This document shows positions 9,342 through 21,156 of a stretch of 64,000 nt of DNA, piece after piece. The stretch is from an uncultured Candidatus Saccharibacteria bacterium (GTDB lineage Bacteria > Patescibacteriota > Saccharimonadia > Saccharimonadales > JAGQNK01), in the NCBI GenBank assembly GCA_964636355.1, contig CAZWRG010000005.1, positions 10,744-74,743 on the forward strand, read 5' to 3'. The translations under genes were made by a program, and so were the position numbers. Below the pieces are notes generated by a model that was given only the letters and a program-made list of their open reading frames with translations, made no database searches and was not told the DNA's origin. Within the stretch, counting starts at the first letter, position 1, and each line of letters starts with the position of its first letter.

Positions 9342-10631
9342 ATGTTAGAAAGAGCTAAATATATTGGTAAAAAACTGCGGAGCCTGAGTTTACTGACGGC
9401 TAATTATGAAATTAATTCCGCTGATGTAAAACCGGCTCTAGAGTATATCGATAACTATTGGGCCAACCTGACAAGATATCATCCAAAAGACGATGAAAGC
9501 TTGCTGGGGCTGCCTAATAAATATCTAGTGCCTGCATATGAAGAAGGTCATGTTTTTGATTTTAATGAAATGTACTATTGGGACAGTTATTTCATGATTC
9601 AGGGACTGCTGGACGAAGATCACAAGGATTTAGTGATTGGCATATTGGAGAATTTGGTAACTATTTTTGAAAGATTCAAAATTATTCCCAATGCCTCTCG
9701 AACTTACTTGATGGGCAGAAGTCAGCCGCCGTTTTTGACCTCATTTATTTGGGATGTTTATGAAACTTATGATCTGGATAAGAAATGGCTCAAAAAAATG
9801 ATGGCCGTCGCAGAAGCCGAATATAAAACCGTTTGGATGGGTGAAAAGAAGCCTAATTTTAGGCAGGTTTATAAAGGGTTGTCTCGTTACTATGACATTA
9901 ATCATTTAAATGATTTAGCCGAGGCCGAAAGCGGCTGGGATATGACCACCCGATTTAATCGCAAAGCGCTGGATTATACCCCGGTTGATCTGAACACTCT
10001 GCTTTATAAGTATGAGATGGATTTTGCCCGGTATTACCGTTTGGTGGGCAAAATTCGCAGCGCCGTTAAATGGGAATCGGCTGCCAAATATCGAAAGAGT
10101 GTGATGGACGGCTTGATGTGGAGCAACTTAAAAGGGATTTATTTTGATTATAACTATGCCAAGGAAAAGCGCGGAACGGTGAGTTCACTGGCTGGATTTT
10201 ATCCTTTGTGGGCAGGCATGGTTGATGAAAAACAGGCGGCTCAAATGGTGAAGTCATTGCGCCGATTTGAGCATCGCGGCGGACTGTCGACAACCGATAG
10301 TCAGCCAATTAATCGGATGGTTCCTGGCGTTGTTGTCCCCGGCGTAATGCCAACTCAATGGGCTTATCCAAACGGCTGGGCGCCGCTACATTTTCTGATC
10401 ATTAAGGGCCTGGAACGTTATGGTTATCACGAGGACGCTCGGCGAATTGCACTCAAGTGGCTTAAAAATAATCTAGATTGGTTTAATAAAAATCATGTTT
10501 TTCTAGAGAAATATAATGTTGTTTCTCCGGAAAAACCGCCGGCTAAAGGGCTGTATCCATCTCAGACCGGGTTTGGCTGGACCAACTCAGTATTTATTAG
10601 ACTAGCCAAGGAATACATAGATGGAGCCTAG
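9342..10631 (+). CDS. alpha,alpha-trehalase (glycoside hydrolase family 37-like)
   Basis: NEMYYWDSYFMIQGL and PTQWAYPNGWAPLHFLIIKGL resemble the two GH37 trehalase signature regions. No obvious signal peptide. Confidence 0.8.
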   Translation: MLERAKYIGKKLRSLSLLTANYEINSADVKPALEYIDNYWANLTRYHPKDDESLLGLPNKYLVPAYEEGHVFDFNEMYYWDSYFMIQGLLDEDHKDLVIGILENLVTIFERFKIIPNASRTYLMGRSQPPFLTSFIWDVYETYDLDKKWLKKMMAVAEAEYKTVWMGEKKPNFRQVYKGLSRYYDINHLNDLAEAESGWDMTTRFNRKALDYTPVDLNTLLYKYEMDFARYYRLVGKIRSAVKWESAAKYRKSVMDGLMWSNLKGIYFDYNYAKEKRGTVSSLAGFYPLWAGMVDEKQAAQMVKSLRRFEHRGGLSTTDSQPINRMVPGVVVPGVMPTQWAYPNGWAPLHFLIIKGLERYGYHEDARRIALKWLKNNLDWFNKNHVFLEKYNVVSPEKPPAKGLYPSQTGFGWTNSVFIRLAKEYIDGA

Positions 10632-10785
10632 CTCAGAGTCAAGTTTACCCTGTGCGGATAAGATGACTTTTGATAGCCAAAAACAAGCCGAAGCCACCGC
10701 TACGACTGTTGGTTGGCAACGCGGCTCCAAAGTTAAAGCCTATAAGTGTCAGCACTGTGAGCTCTGGCATCTATCCAGTAACTGA
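10621..10785 (+). CDS. possible small Cys-containing protein (54 aa)
   Basis: Hand-translated ORF MEPSSESSLPCADKMTFDSQKQAEATATTVGWQRGSKVKAYKCQHCELWHLSSN. The start overlaps the trehalase stop by 11 nt. It is below the ORF-track size cutoff and I recognise no homology. Confidence 0.3.
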   Translation: MEPSSESSLPCADKMTFDSQKQAEATATTVGWQRGSKVKAYKCQHCELWHLSSN

Positions 10786-10901
10786 TGTAAAATAGACTTA
10801 TGATCTTTGGGAATCAAATGAAAATGCTAAGCATGCCCGGCCAGGGCTAATTTGTGATTCCACCAAAACTCTTTGATAATTTTAATAACAGGTAAAGCCA
10901 C

Positions 10902-12347
10902 ATGAATTATTACGTTACAACCTCGATTCCTTATGTTAATGGTCCGCCGCATATTGGCCATGCTTTGGAGTTCATCATGGCCGATGTCTTAGCTCGCAAC
11001 GCCCGGGCTCAGGGTAAAAGTGTTATTTTCAGCACCGGCACAGATGAGCATGGCGGGAAGGTAGCTGACAAAGCTGCTAAAAATAATCAGACCCCCAAAC
11101 AGTTTGCTGATGGCATTAGCCAGCAATTTCGGGAACTTGCCAAACAGTTAAACATCAGCAACGATCGCTTTATTCGCACCACCGATCCAGGCCATGAACA
11201 GCGGGCCCAAATTATTTGGAAAGCTCTGCAAAAAGACATTTATATGGATAGTTACGTCGGGCTTTACTGCACCGGCTGTGAAGCGTTTGTGACCGAAGCC
11301 GTAGCTCAGGAAAATAACGGCATTTGCCCTGATCATAACCAGCCCTATGAAAAGATCGAGGAAAGTAACTATTTTTTCCGGTTGAGTAAATACAGCGGCC
11401 AAATCAAAGCTGCCATAACTGACGGTTCTTTTAATATTTTGCCAATAACCAGGAAAAATGAAATCCTGCAGGTTATTGAAGATGGGCTGGAGGACATCAG
11501 TATTTCCAGACCAAAGGAAAAAATCTCTTGGGGCGTGGCCGTGCCAAATGATGATACTCAGGTGATGTATGTTTGGTTTGAGGCGCTGATGAACTATATT
11601 ACAGTTCTCGGTTATCCAGAGCATGATGATTTTAAACAATTCTGGCCAGCTAATGTGCAAGTGATTGGGAAAGATATTTTACGTTTTCACGCGGCTATTT
11701 GGCCTGGAATTTTACTGGCTCTGGGGCTTCCTTTGCCCGAAAAACTTTTCGTCCATGGATTTATAAATATCGATGGCAAAAAGATGAGCAAATCACTCGG
11801 TAATTATGTTACACCAGGCGAGATTTTAGAAAAATACAGCGCCGATGTGCTGAGGTATTTTTTCCTGCGCTATATTCCGTCATATGATGATGGTGATTTT
11901 TCATGGGATAAACTGCATGAGGTTTATAACAGCGATCTGGCAAACGAGCTGGGGAATACTGTCCAGCGCACAGCTGCCATGATCAAGCAGTATCAAAACG
12001 GCATTGTCGGTACTATGCCTAGCGTTGGTCACGATATTGCTCAGTACATCGAAGCCATCGACGATTGTCGATTTGATCGAGCATTAGAGGAGGTGTGGAA
12101 TAAAATTCGGGGGCTAAACCGTTACATTGATGAGTTCAAGCCCTGGGAGATTAACAAGCAAGGCGATAAAGAGCATCTGGCTGAGGTTTTGGCTTACCAG
12201 GCGGCGTCGCTGCTGGAAATAGCCGAACTTCTGCAGCCGTTCTTGCCGGAAACTGCTCTTAAGATCCGCCATGTGTTCGAAGAGGGCGTAATTCGCCCAA
12301 TCGAAGGCACTCTCTTCCCCCGCCATAACCTAAAAACCGCCGCCTAG
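10902..12347 (+). CDS. metG: methionine--tRNA ligase
   Basis: HIGH-type motif PHIGHA, KMSKS motif, and the Cys cluster CTGCEAF..CPDH of the connective peptide. Confidence 0.92.
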   Translation: MNYYVTTSIPYVNGPPHIGHALEFIMADVLARNARAQGKSVIFSTGTDEHGGKVADKAAKNNQTPKQFADGISQQFRELAKQLNISNDRFIRTTDPGHEQRAQIIWKALQKDIYMDSYVGLYCTGCEAFVTEAVAQENNGICPDHNQPYEKIEESNYFFRLSKYSGQIKAAITDGSFNILPITRKNEILQVIEDGLEDISISRPKEKISWGVAVPNDDTQVMYVWFEALMNYITVLGYPEHDDFKQFWPANVQVIGKDILRFHAAIWPGILLALGLPLPEKLFVHGFINIDGKKMSKSLGNYVTPGEILEKYSADVLRYFFLRYIPSYDDGDFSWDKLHEVYNSDLANELGNTVQRTAAMIKQYQNGIVGTMPSVGHDIAQYIEAIDDCRFDRALEEVWNKIRGLNRYIDEFKPWEINKQGDKEHLAEVLAYQAASLLEIAELLQPFLPETALKIRHVFEEGVIRPIEGTLFPRHNLKTAA

Positions 12348-12352
12348 CTTGT

Positions 12353-13120
12353 ATGGAGTTTGTTGATACGCACTGTCATATTCAGTTTGAGGATTATAAG
12401 TTAGATCCTGAGGATGTGCTGCGTCGGGCGCGTAAAAAGGGTGTTAGCCGCTTTATGTGTGTTGGTTGCACGCCGGCCGACAGTCAGGCAGCAATAGATT
12501 TTGCCGGGCGTTATGATGACGTTTTCGCGTCGATTGGAATACATCCTCATGAAGCAAAAAGATACATTGAAAATAAGAAGTTATTGCAACAGTTTCGCAG
12601 TTTAATAAATAGTCCAAAAGTGGTCGCGGTTGGCGAAACAGGACTGGATTATTACTACCTTAATTCGCCTAAGAAACAGCAAAAACAGCTACTAAAATTT
12701 CAAATTGAGTTAGCCTTAGAGCACAATTTGCCGCTTATTTTTCATGTCCGGGAGGCGTTTGATGATTTTTGGAAAATACTCGATAACTACACCGCAGTCC
12801 AAGGTGTAGTGCATAGTTTTTCGGCCACTACCAAAGAGTTAGACGAGATATTAGACCACGGTTTATACGTGGGGCTTAATGGCATCATGACTTTTACAAA
12901 AAATGATGATCAGCTTAGGGCTGCAAAGCAGGTTCCGCTTGAGCGATTGGTGCTGGAAACTGATGCTCCGTTCTTGACTCCTAACCCCTTTCGTGGTAAA
13001 ATTTGTGAACCAGGTCATGTGAGTGTGACAGCCGAATTTTTAGCCAATCTAAGAGGCGAAAGCCTCAGTGCTTTGGCGGCGGCTACCACCCATAATGCCC
13101 GTGAATTATTTAGGATTTAG
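12353..13120 (+). CDS. tatD: TatD family metal-dependent hydrolase/DNase
   Basis: FVDTHCH, GETGLDYYY, HSF and ETDAPFLTP motifs. Confidence 0.85.
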   Translation: MEFVDTHCHIQFEDYKLDPEDVLRRARKKGVSRFMCVGCTPADSQAAIDFAGRYDDVFASIGIHPHEAKRYIENKKLLQQFRSLINSPKVVAVGETGLDYYYLNSPKKQQKQLLKFQIELALEHNLPLIFHVREAFDDFWKILDNYTAVQGVVHSFSATTKELDEILDHGLYVGLNGIMTFTKNDDQLRAAKQVPLERLVLETDAPFLTPNPFRGKICEPGHVSVTAEFLANLRGESLSALAAATTHNARELFRI

Positions 13121-13136
13121 GAGTAAAATTAATCTC

Positions 13137-13460
13137 GTGCCAACTACTACTTATTTCAGTCAGTCATCAGATCATGAAAGGCAGCCAAAAGGTCCTTTGC
13201 CAGGGCCCGAGCTGGCGCAAGCTGGTCATGAGAGAGTTGGGATGATTTCTGCGGCGGTTAATAGCTTGGTAGAAACAATTGAAAATAACTATCCGCTAGA
13301 TCCTGTTTATGTAGATTCAGGCGTCACTAAGACTGAAGCATTCGCTAATGAGACTAAAAATGAACAGGCTGCTCATTCGACGGACAATCATCAGCCACCG
13401 GCATCTTATGACGAGTCTGAAGCTAGGCGATTAATTGAAGAGGCTTTTAGAGGTGAGTAA
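13137..13460 (+). CDS. hypothetical protein
   Basis: The ORF track opens at 13068, inside tatD. I prefer the GTG at 13137, preceded by AGGAG. No recognisable motifs. Confidence 0.4.
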   Translation: MPTTTYFSQSSDHERQPKGPLPGPELAQAGHERVGMISAAVNSLVETIENNYPLDPVYVDSGVTKTEAFANETKNEQAAHSTDNHQPPASYDESEARRLIEEAFRGE

Positions 13461-13461
13461 A

Positions 13462-13830
13462 ATGTTTAATAAATTCTTAACACATCTAAAAGCTCAGAAA
13501 ATGGCCGTAAGAAAAGCTGAACTGTACAGAAAATTACTGCGCGAAGAAGCTAAGATTGGCGGTCAGATTTTTGGTCCGGCTAAAAGTGGCACTCGCCGAG
13601 AGTTTTTTTGTATGGATCAGCACACCTGGGTTTGGCACGAGGAGTGGGTTAATGCCGATGGCCAAAAGCAATACATGACAACTCGTTATGATGTTCGGCC
13701 AAGCGGAATTGTAAAATCGCAGAATGGTCATTATCGAGCGGTAGATGCTAAAGAAGCGCGAACATTATTGCGGGCGGCTAAGTCTTATCAGCAGCGTGTG
13801 AGCAGCGAGCTTTATCCATTTGTGGCTTAG
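13462..13830 (+). CDS. hypothetical protein
   Basis: ATG at 13462 is preceded by agaggtgag and lies 2 nt after the upstream stop. Basic 122-aa protein. Confidence 0.5.
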   Translation: MFNKFLTHLKAQKMAVRKAELYRKLLREEAKIGGQIFGPAKSGTRREFFCMDQHTWVWHEEWVNADGQKQYMTTRYDVRPSGIVKSQNGHYRAVDAKEARTLLRAAKSYQQRVSSELYPFVA

Positions 13831-13866
13831 GCTGAAAGTTTTATTTGTTATATTTAAACCAGCTTT

Positions 13867-15006
13867 ATGAATAATTTGATTTATCTTGATTATGCAGCGG
13901 CTACTCCTGTAGATCAGGAAGTTCTGGCAGCTGCTAAGCCGTTTTTTACCGAAGCGTATTATAATCCTTCGGCGCTGTATAAGTCCTCAAAAGAAGTCTC
14001 GGCGGCACTTGAGGCAGCCAGGTCAAAGGTTGCTCATTATCTGGGAGTCAGAAGCCCGGAAATTATTTTTACAGCTGGCGGTACGGAGGCTAATAATCTG
14101 GCGATCAGTGGAATTATGAATAACTTTCCAGATGCCAATATAGTGATTAGCGCCATTGAGCACGATTCGGTTATCGAACCGGCTGCCAAATACGATTGCC
14201 GCCAAGTCAAGGTAAATAACCAGGGTTTGATTGATGTTGACAGCCTGAGAGCTTCTATTGATGATCAAACAGTGCTTGTTAGTGTGATGTACGCTAATAA
14301 CGAGATTGGCACCATCCAGCCGCTGGCTAAAATAGGCTCCATAATTGACGAAGTAAAACGCGCCAGACGAGCCGCCGGCAATAATCTGCCGCTTTATTTT
14401 CATAGTGATGCTTGCCAGGCCGCAAATTACTTAGATCTTAAAGTCCATAAAAAACAGCTTGATTTAATGACTTTAAACGGCGGTAAAATCTATGGATTTA
14501 AACAAACCGGGGCTTTGTTCGTGACAAGTGGAATTGATTTAAATCCGTTGATTGTTGGCGGCGGTCAAGAGAGAAATAGGCGAAGCGGAACCGAAAACGT
14601 AGCCGGAGCAATAGGGTTTGCGGCAGCTCTTTCTAAGGCTCAGGACATGAGGCTTCAAGAAACTGAACGTTTATCAAAGATTCAAAAAACATTTATAGCT
14701 ATGCTTGAAGAGCGAATCCCGGGAGCGGTTATTAATGGCTCGCTCGAAAAACGTCTGCCCAACAATGTAAACATCACCATCGCCGGTCAAGATAATGAGC
14801 GGCTGATAATGGCTCTTGATGAGGCGGGGATTATGGCGGCTGCCGGTTCAGCCTGCAGTGCCAGCAGTGAAGATCCGTCGCATGTTCTAAAGGCTATCGG
14901 TCTTGCTGACGATCAGGCGCAGGCTAGTTTGCGGTTTACAATGGGGCGCGGTACAACCATCGATCAAATTAAGCTAGTAATTGATCAACTGGAAAAATTG
15001 ATTTAG
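13867..15006 (+). CDS. cysteine desulfurase (NifS/IscS family, PLP-dependent)
   Basis: 379 aa with class-V aminotransferase layout. HSDACQA, SGTENVAG and the AAGSACSA active-site Cys loop. Confidence 0.88.
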   Translation: MNNLIYLDYAAATPVDQEVLAAAKPFFTEAYYNPSALYKSSKEVSAALEAARSKVAHYLGVRSPEIIFTAGGTEANNLAISGIMNNFPDANIVISAIEHDSVIEPAAKYDCRQVKVNNQGLIDVDSLRASIDDQTVLVSVMYANNEIGTIQPLAKIGSIIDEVKRARRAAGNNLPLYFHSDACQAANYLDLKVHKKQLDLMTLNGGKIYGFKQTGALFVTSGIDLNPLIVGGGQERNRRSGTENVAGAIGFAAALSKAQDMRLQETERLSKIQKTFIAMLEERIPGAVINGSLEKRLPNNVNITIAGQDNERLIMALDEAGIMAAAGSACSASSEDPSHVLKAIGLADDQAQASLRFTMGRGTTIDQIKLVIDQLEKLI

Positions 15007-15038
15007 CTGCTTTATAATACACTTTATATAAAGCGGTT

Positions 15039-15890
15039 ATGATAAAAACAAAAATAATTCGGTTTCTTACTTTTCAGCGTATTTTAGCGCTGGTTACATT
15101 AGTGGTGCTTATTATTTTAGGAGCCGCTGGGCCGTCATTAGCTCAATCTTTTATTCAGGGCTATCAGTCTGATGCAGTGCTTCAAAAAGGCATGTTAGTT
15201 CGGCTAAATGAAGGCGATACTACAAAAGTCAGCCCCGTTTCATCGGATGAAATGGATAAACTTCACGGCGTAATTGTAAATCCTAATGATGCGCCGGTAA
15301 CGCTTTCTGACATTGCGGCGGAAAAAGTTTTCGTGGCAACTCAAGGCCGTCATGAAGTGCTGGTTAGTAATCAAAACGGCGGTGTCAATGAAGGTGATTT
15401 TATAACTGTCTCGGCGCTTAGCGGTGTTGGTATGAAAGCCGGTGACTCTCAGGAGTTTATTGTTGGCCGGGCAGTCGAGGCTTTTAATGATTCTGGCCCT
15501 TCAAGCAGCAAAGCAAAAATCAAAGACTCCGAAGGTCAGGAAAGAGAGGTTAGTTTGGGCCGAGTCGACGTAGAGATAAATATTGGCCGCAACCCGTTAC
15601 TTAAGGGCGACGAAGCCAATCTGCCGGAGTTTTTAAAAAAAGCCAGCGAAACAATTGCTGGAAAACCGGTTGATACTTACCGAGTTTATCTGGCGATCAT
15701 AGTTTTTATCATCACCACAGTTGTGGCCGGCAGTTTGCTGTATGGTGGCGTGCGCAGCGGACTTATCTCGATTGGTCGTAATCCTCTGTCTAAAGGCCAT
15801 ATAATCCGCGGCATGTTTCAGGTAGTTATAACCGGCATTATCATTTTCATATTAGGTCTGTTTGGGGTATATTTATTACTGAAGCTATAA
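15039..15890 (+). CDS. hypothetical membrane protein occupying the slot upstream of atpF
   Basis: 283 aa. N-terminal TM/signal, a roughly 170-aa extracytoplasmic region, and a C-terminal helical hairpin. IGRNPL(L/S)KG occurs twice. Confidence 0.6.
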   Translation: MIKTKIIRFLTFQRILALVTLVVLIILGAAGPSLAQSFIQGYQSDAVLQKGMLVRLNEGDTTKVSPVSSDEMDKLHGVIVNPNDAPVTLSDIAAEKVFVATQGRHEVLVSNQNGGVNEGDFITVSALSGVGMKAGDSQEFIVGRAVEAFNDSGPSSSKAKIKDSEGQEREVSLGRVDVEINIGRNPLLKGDEANLPEFLKKASETIAGKPVDTYRVYLAIIVFIITTVVAGSLLYGGVRSGLISIGRNPLSKGHIIRGMFQVVITGIIIFILGLFGVYLLLKL

Positions 15891-15918
15891 TCATAAGCAC
15901 TTAAAAGGTGGGAACTTC

Positions 15919-16542
15919 GTGGAGATCTGGCACTTAGCACTAATAATCGGTAGCTTATTGTCTGCTACTGCAGCTTTTATTTGGATGGCTGTAAGATTGG
16001 GTTCTGGCGGTCAACCCCGCAAGGCGGGCGCCGAGCAGTCTTTAACAGATCAAGCGGAGCGCGATGTCGAACATATATTTAATGACACTTTTAGAGAAGA
16101 GTTGCGCAATAGGGGCCGTCTACATTTTGAAAAAATCATTGGCGAAAATGCCATGTTTTTGCAACAAGATTTGCGTCTAACCACCTCACAACTCAATGAA
16201 TTTCTAAAAAATGAAATTACCAGGAAGCTTCAGGAAGAATTTGCTAAATATGAGGAGTCGATAACCGACGCCAAGCAGCTGGCAATTGATTCTATCAACA
16301 AAACTCAAGAGGCTATTGAACAACAGCGCCAGGCTATGAGTAAGCAGCTGCATGACGAGTTGGCCAGAGAAAAAGACCGACTAACCAAGCAGTTTGAAGA
16401 AAATATGGCCGACATTATAAATCATTATGTTATGGCGGCGGTTGGCGATCAGATTGATTTGAATGATCAGCTGGAGTACATCTTGGCCAGCATTGAAGAA
16501 AATAAAGCCGAAATTATGCAGGATATATCAGAGGGTGCTTAA
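15919..16542 (+). CDS. atpF: F-type ATP synthase subunit b (peripheral stalk), divergent
   Basis: GTG start, a single N-terminal TM helix followed by a long charged coiled-coil, and a position immediately upstream of atpH-atpA. Confidence 0.6.
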   Translation: MEIWHLALIIGSLLSATAAFIWMAVRLGSGGQPRKAGAEQSLTDQAERDVEHIFNDTFREELRNRGRLHFEKIIGENAMFLQQDLRLTTSQLNEFLKNEITRKLQEEFAKYEESITDAKQLAIDSINKTQEAIEQQRQAMSKQLHDELAREKDRLTKQFEENMADIINHYVMAAVGDQIDLNDQLEYILASIEENKAEIMQDISEGA

Positions 16543-16545
16543 TCG

Positions 16546-17097
16546 GTGGAAAAAACAAAACTTCAATTACCAGTTCAAATCTCTACCAAAATAGAAGTTG
16601 GTCGGCTGCTTAGTGAGCTTGAAGAGCTTGATAATTTTTTATCTCAGGCGGACATCAGAAAGCCGGGCACGCCAACTAAACTACCTAAAATGAGTCGTTT
16701 GCTGGACGAGTTTATAGAAATTAATAAGCTCAATCCGCTGCACAAAGATGACCGCAAAATTATGCTGGATTTTATAAAAACCGTGCGTCTTAAGGCGCCA
16801 ACAATTCACTTAAGTTTTGGGGTTGACCCTTCGGCGGTATTCATCCAAAAACTAACAACCTGGCTTAGAGGCAACATTCACCCGCTGGTTTTGCTGCATA
16901 TTGGCTTGCAGCCTAATATCGGCGCTGGTTGCGTGGTTAGAACCACCAACAAACATTTTGATTTTAGCCTGAGAGAGCACTTCAAAAAGCAACGTTCCTT
17001 GCTGATTGAAAAAATTCATAGCGGCGCCTCGGCTGCCACGGCCAAACAAAGCCAAGAGCCTGAGGCCCAGAAAATTAAAGTTGAGGCTAGTTCATGA
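16546..17097 (+). CDS. atpH: F-type ATP synthase subunit delta (OSCP), divergent
   Basis: 183 aa. Sits between atpF and atpA, with an ATGA stop/start overlap with atpA. The call rests on size and position. Confidence 0.6.
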   Translation: MEKTKLQLPVQISTKIEVGRLLSELEELDNFLSQADIRKPGTPTKLPKMSRLLDEFIEINKLNPLHKDDRKIMLDFIKTVRLKAPTIHLSFGVDPSAVFIQKLTTWLRGNIHPLVLLHIGLQPNIGAGCVVRTTNKHFDFSLREHFKKQRSLLIEKIHSGASAATAKQSQEPEAQKIKVEASS

Positions 17098-18676
17098 GTG
17101 CTAATGCCAGCCCCCAGATCAATACTGGCAACCAGCACTTTGATCGATTAGTGGCCGCCGGAAAACCAGTTGGTGAAGTTATATCTGTTGATAAATTTTT
17201 AATTAAAGCCACCGGCTTACAGCCCTGCGCGATGCACTCTTTAATTATGTTTGACGATGGCAGTAAGGGTTTCGTGCACCAAATCGAAAACGACCACGTG
17301 GTAATCCTTCACTTGGGCGAAACGCCGCTGAGAGTTGGCGCTGTGGCGGTTGTTCAGCACCAGGAGCTAGTTAGTAAAGTTGGCAAAGATTACATTGGCC
17401 GAGTGGTGTCGGTGACCGGTGAGCCGCTTGATAATAAAGGCCCGATTGCCGCTGATTCAGTGTGGCCGGTTTTTAGTACGGCGCCGCCGCTTTATGAGCG
17501 TAAACTTTTAAGCGATCAGCTGGAAAGTGGAGTGACGACCCTTGACGCACTATTTCCGATTGTTCGCGGCCAGCGTATGGCGCTGCTTGGAGACAGCAAA
17601 TCCGGTAAGAGTACGCTGGTAACTCAGCTAACAATCAACCAAAAAAATACCGACCAAGTGGTAGTTTATGTGCTAATTGCCAAGCGCCGCAGCGATGTTG
17701 ATACGCTGCTATCCAGGCTGAATGAAACCGGCGGTATGGAAAAAGCCATTGTGGTGGTTTCGACGATGTTTGAGTCGCTAATTATGAGCTATATCGCACC
17801 CTATGTTGGCTGTGCTATGGCTGAATATCTCTGGCAAAAATGTGATCAAGATACCATTATCATTTATGATGACTTGACGTCTCACGCCCATGCTTACCGA
17901 GAAATTGCTCTGCTGAGCGGTGTTAGCCCGGGGCGTGATTCCTACCCTGGTGATATGTTCTATGCGCACTCTAGTTTGCTGGAAAGAGCCGGCCGGCTGG
18001 ACAGTTCTGGCAAGCATTTAACCAGTATCCCGCTTGTTAATGCGTCGGGCGGTGATATCACGGCTTATTTGCCGACGAATATTATGTCGATCACCGATGG
18101 GCAGTGGATTTTGGACATGAATATTTTTCGTGATGGAATCAGACCAGCGGTTAACATTGGTCTAAGTGTGACTCGCGCCGGCGGTATTGGCCACAATAAA
18201 CGCCAAAAAACACTGGCTTCGCAGACGCTTAAGATTTTAGCTGATTATCGTCAGGCCGAAGAGTTCTCGCATTTTGGTACGGAGTTGTCCGCAGAATCCA
18301 AGCGGGCTCTGGTAATTGGTAAGCAGATTTTTGAAATTATCACTCAATCGCCCACTGAAACATTTTCTATAGAAGCCCAGCAGTTAATGTTTGACATTGT
18401 GCTAAACAGTGAAAACCCGGAAACACTGGACGTGTCAGCAATGAAGGTAAAAGTCCGTGATTTTGCCGACAGGATTAAATCCGATGATGATTATGAAAAA
18501 ATTCGCGACGAGTTGATCTCCCAAGTGGTGGCTGTTCCAAAAGCCGAGCCAGAAGCTGCGACACCAGCCGAAGAATCGAAAGATGACCAGACCGATTCGG
18601 CTAAATCAGATGATAAAAAAGCCGACCAGAAATCATCAAAACCTGACGACAAGCAAAAAACCGAGGACAAGAAATA

Positions 18677-18677
<1 letters not shown>
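17094..18677 (+). CDS. atpA: F-type ATP synthase subunit alpha with a K/D/E-rich C-terminal tail
   Basis: Alpha/beta fold. P-loop GDSKSGKST (variant of GDRQTGKT), DDLTSHA, and [17 protein letters not shown]. Confidence 0.88.
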
Positions 18678-20847
<2,170 letters not shown>

Positions 20848-20862
20848 GCGGCGACTAAAATA

Positions 20863-21156
20863 ATGCTGGAAGATAACCAACATAAAGCCAAAACCACCGT
20901 AGAGGTGCCCGATGGAAAAATGTACGTCAAGGTTTACGCGCCGTTTAAAACCTATTATGACGGCGCCGCTGACAGCATTTCGGCGGTTAATGACACCGGC
21001 CCTTTTGATATATTGCCCAAACATCATAATTTTATGACACTTTTAAACCCCGGCACGATTATTGTTCGAAATGACGACGAGCACAAAGAGGTGCCGATTG
21101 ATCGCGGGGTGATGCACGTCAAAGCTGATAAAGTGATTGTTTTTTTGGACGTTTAG
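20863..21156 (+). CDS. atpC: F-type ATP synthase subunit epsilon (beta-sandwich domain only)
   Basis: 97 aa. GPFDILPKHHNFMTLLNPGTIIV matches the epsilon G-x-ILP-H signature. Last gene of the atp block. Confidence 0.7.
   Translation: MLEDNQHKAKTTVEVPDGKMYVKVYAPFKTYYDGAADSISAVNDTGPFDILPKHHNFMTLLNPGTIIVRNDDEHKEVPIDRGVMHVKADKVIVFLDV

Noticed and set aside
10786-10901. Possible T-box or other leader upstream of metG.
   Set aside because: It is only ~115 nt, and I found no specifier-loop or T-box consensus, nor a terminator/antiterminator pair, on reading it.
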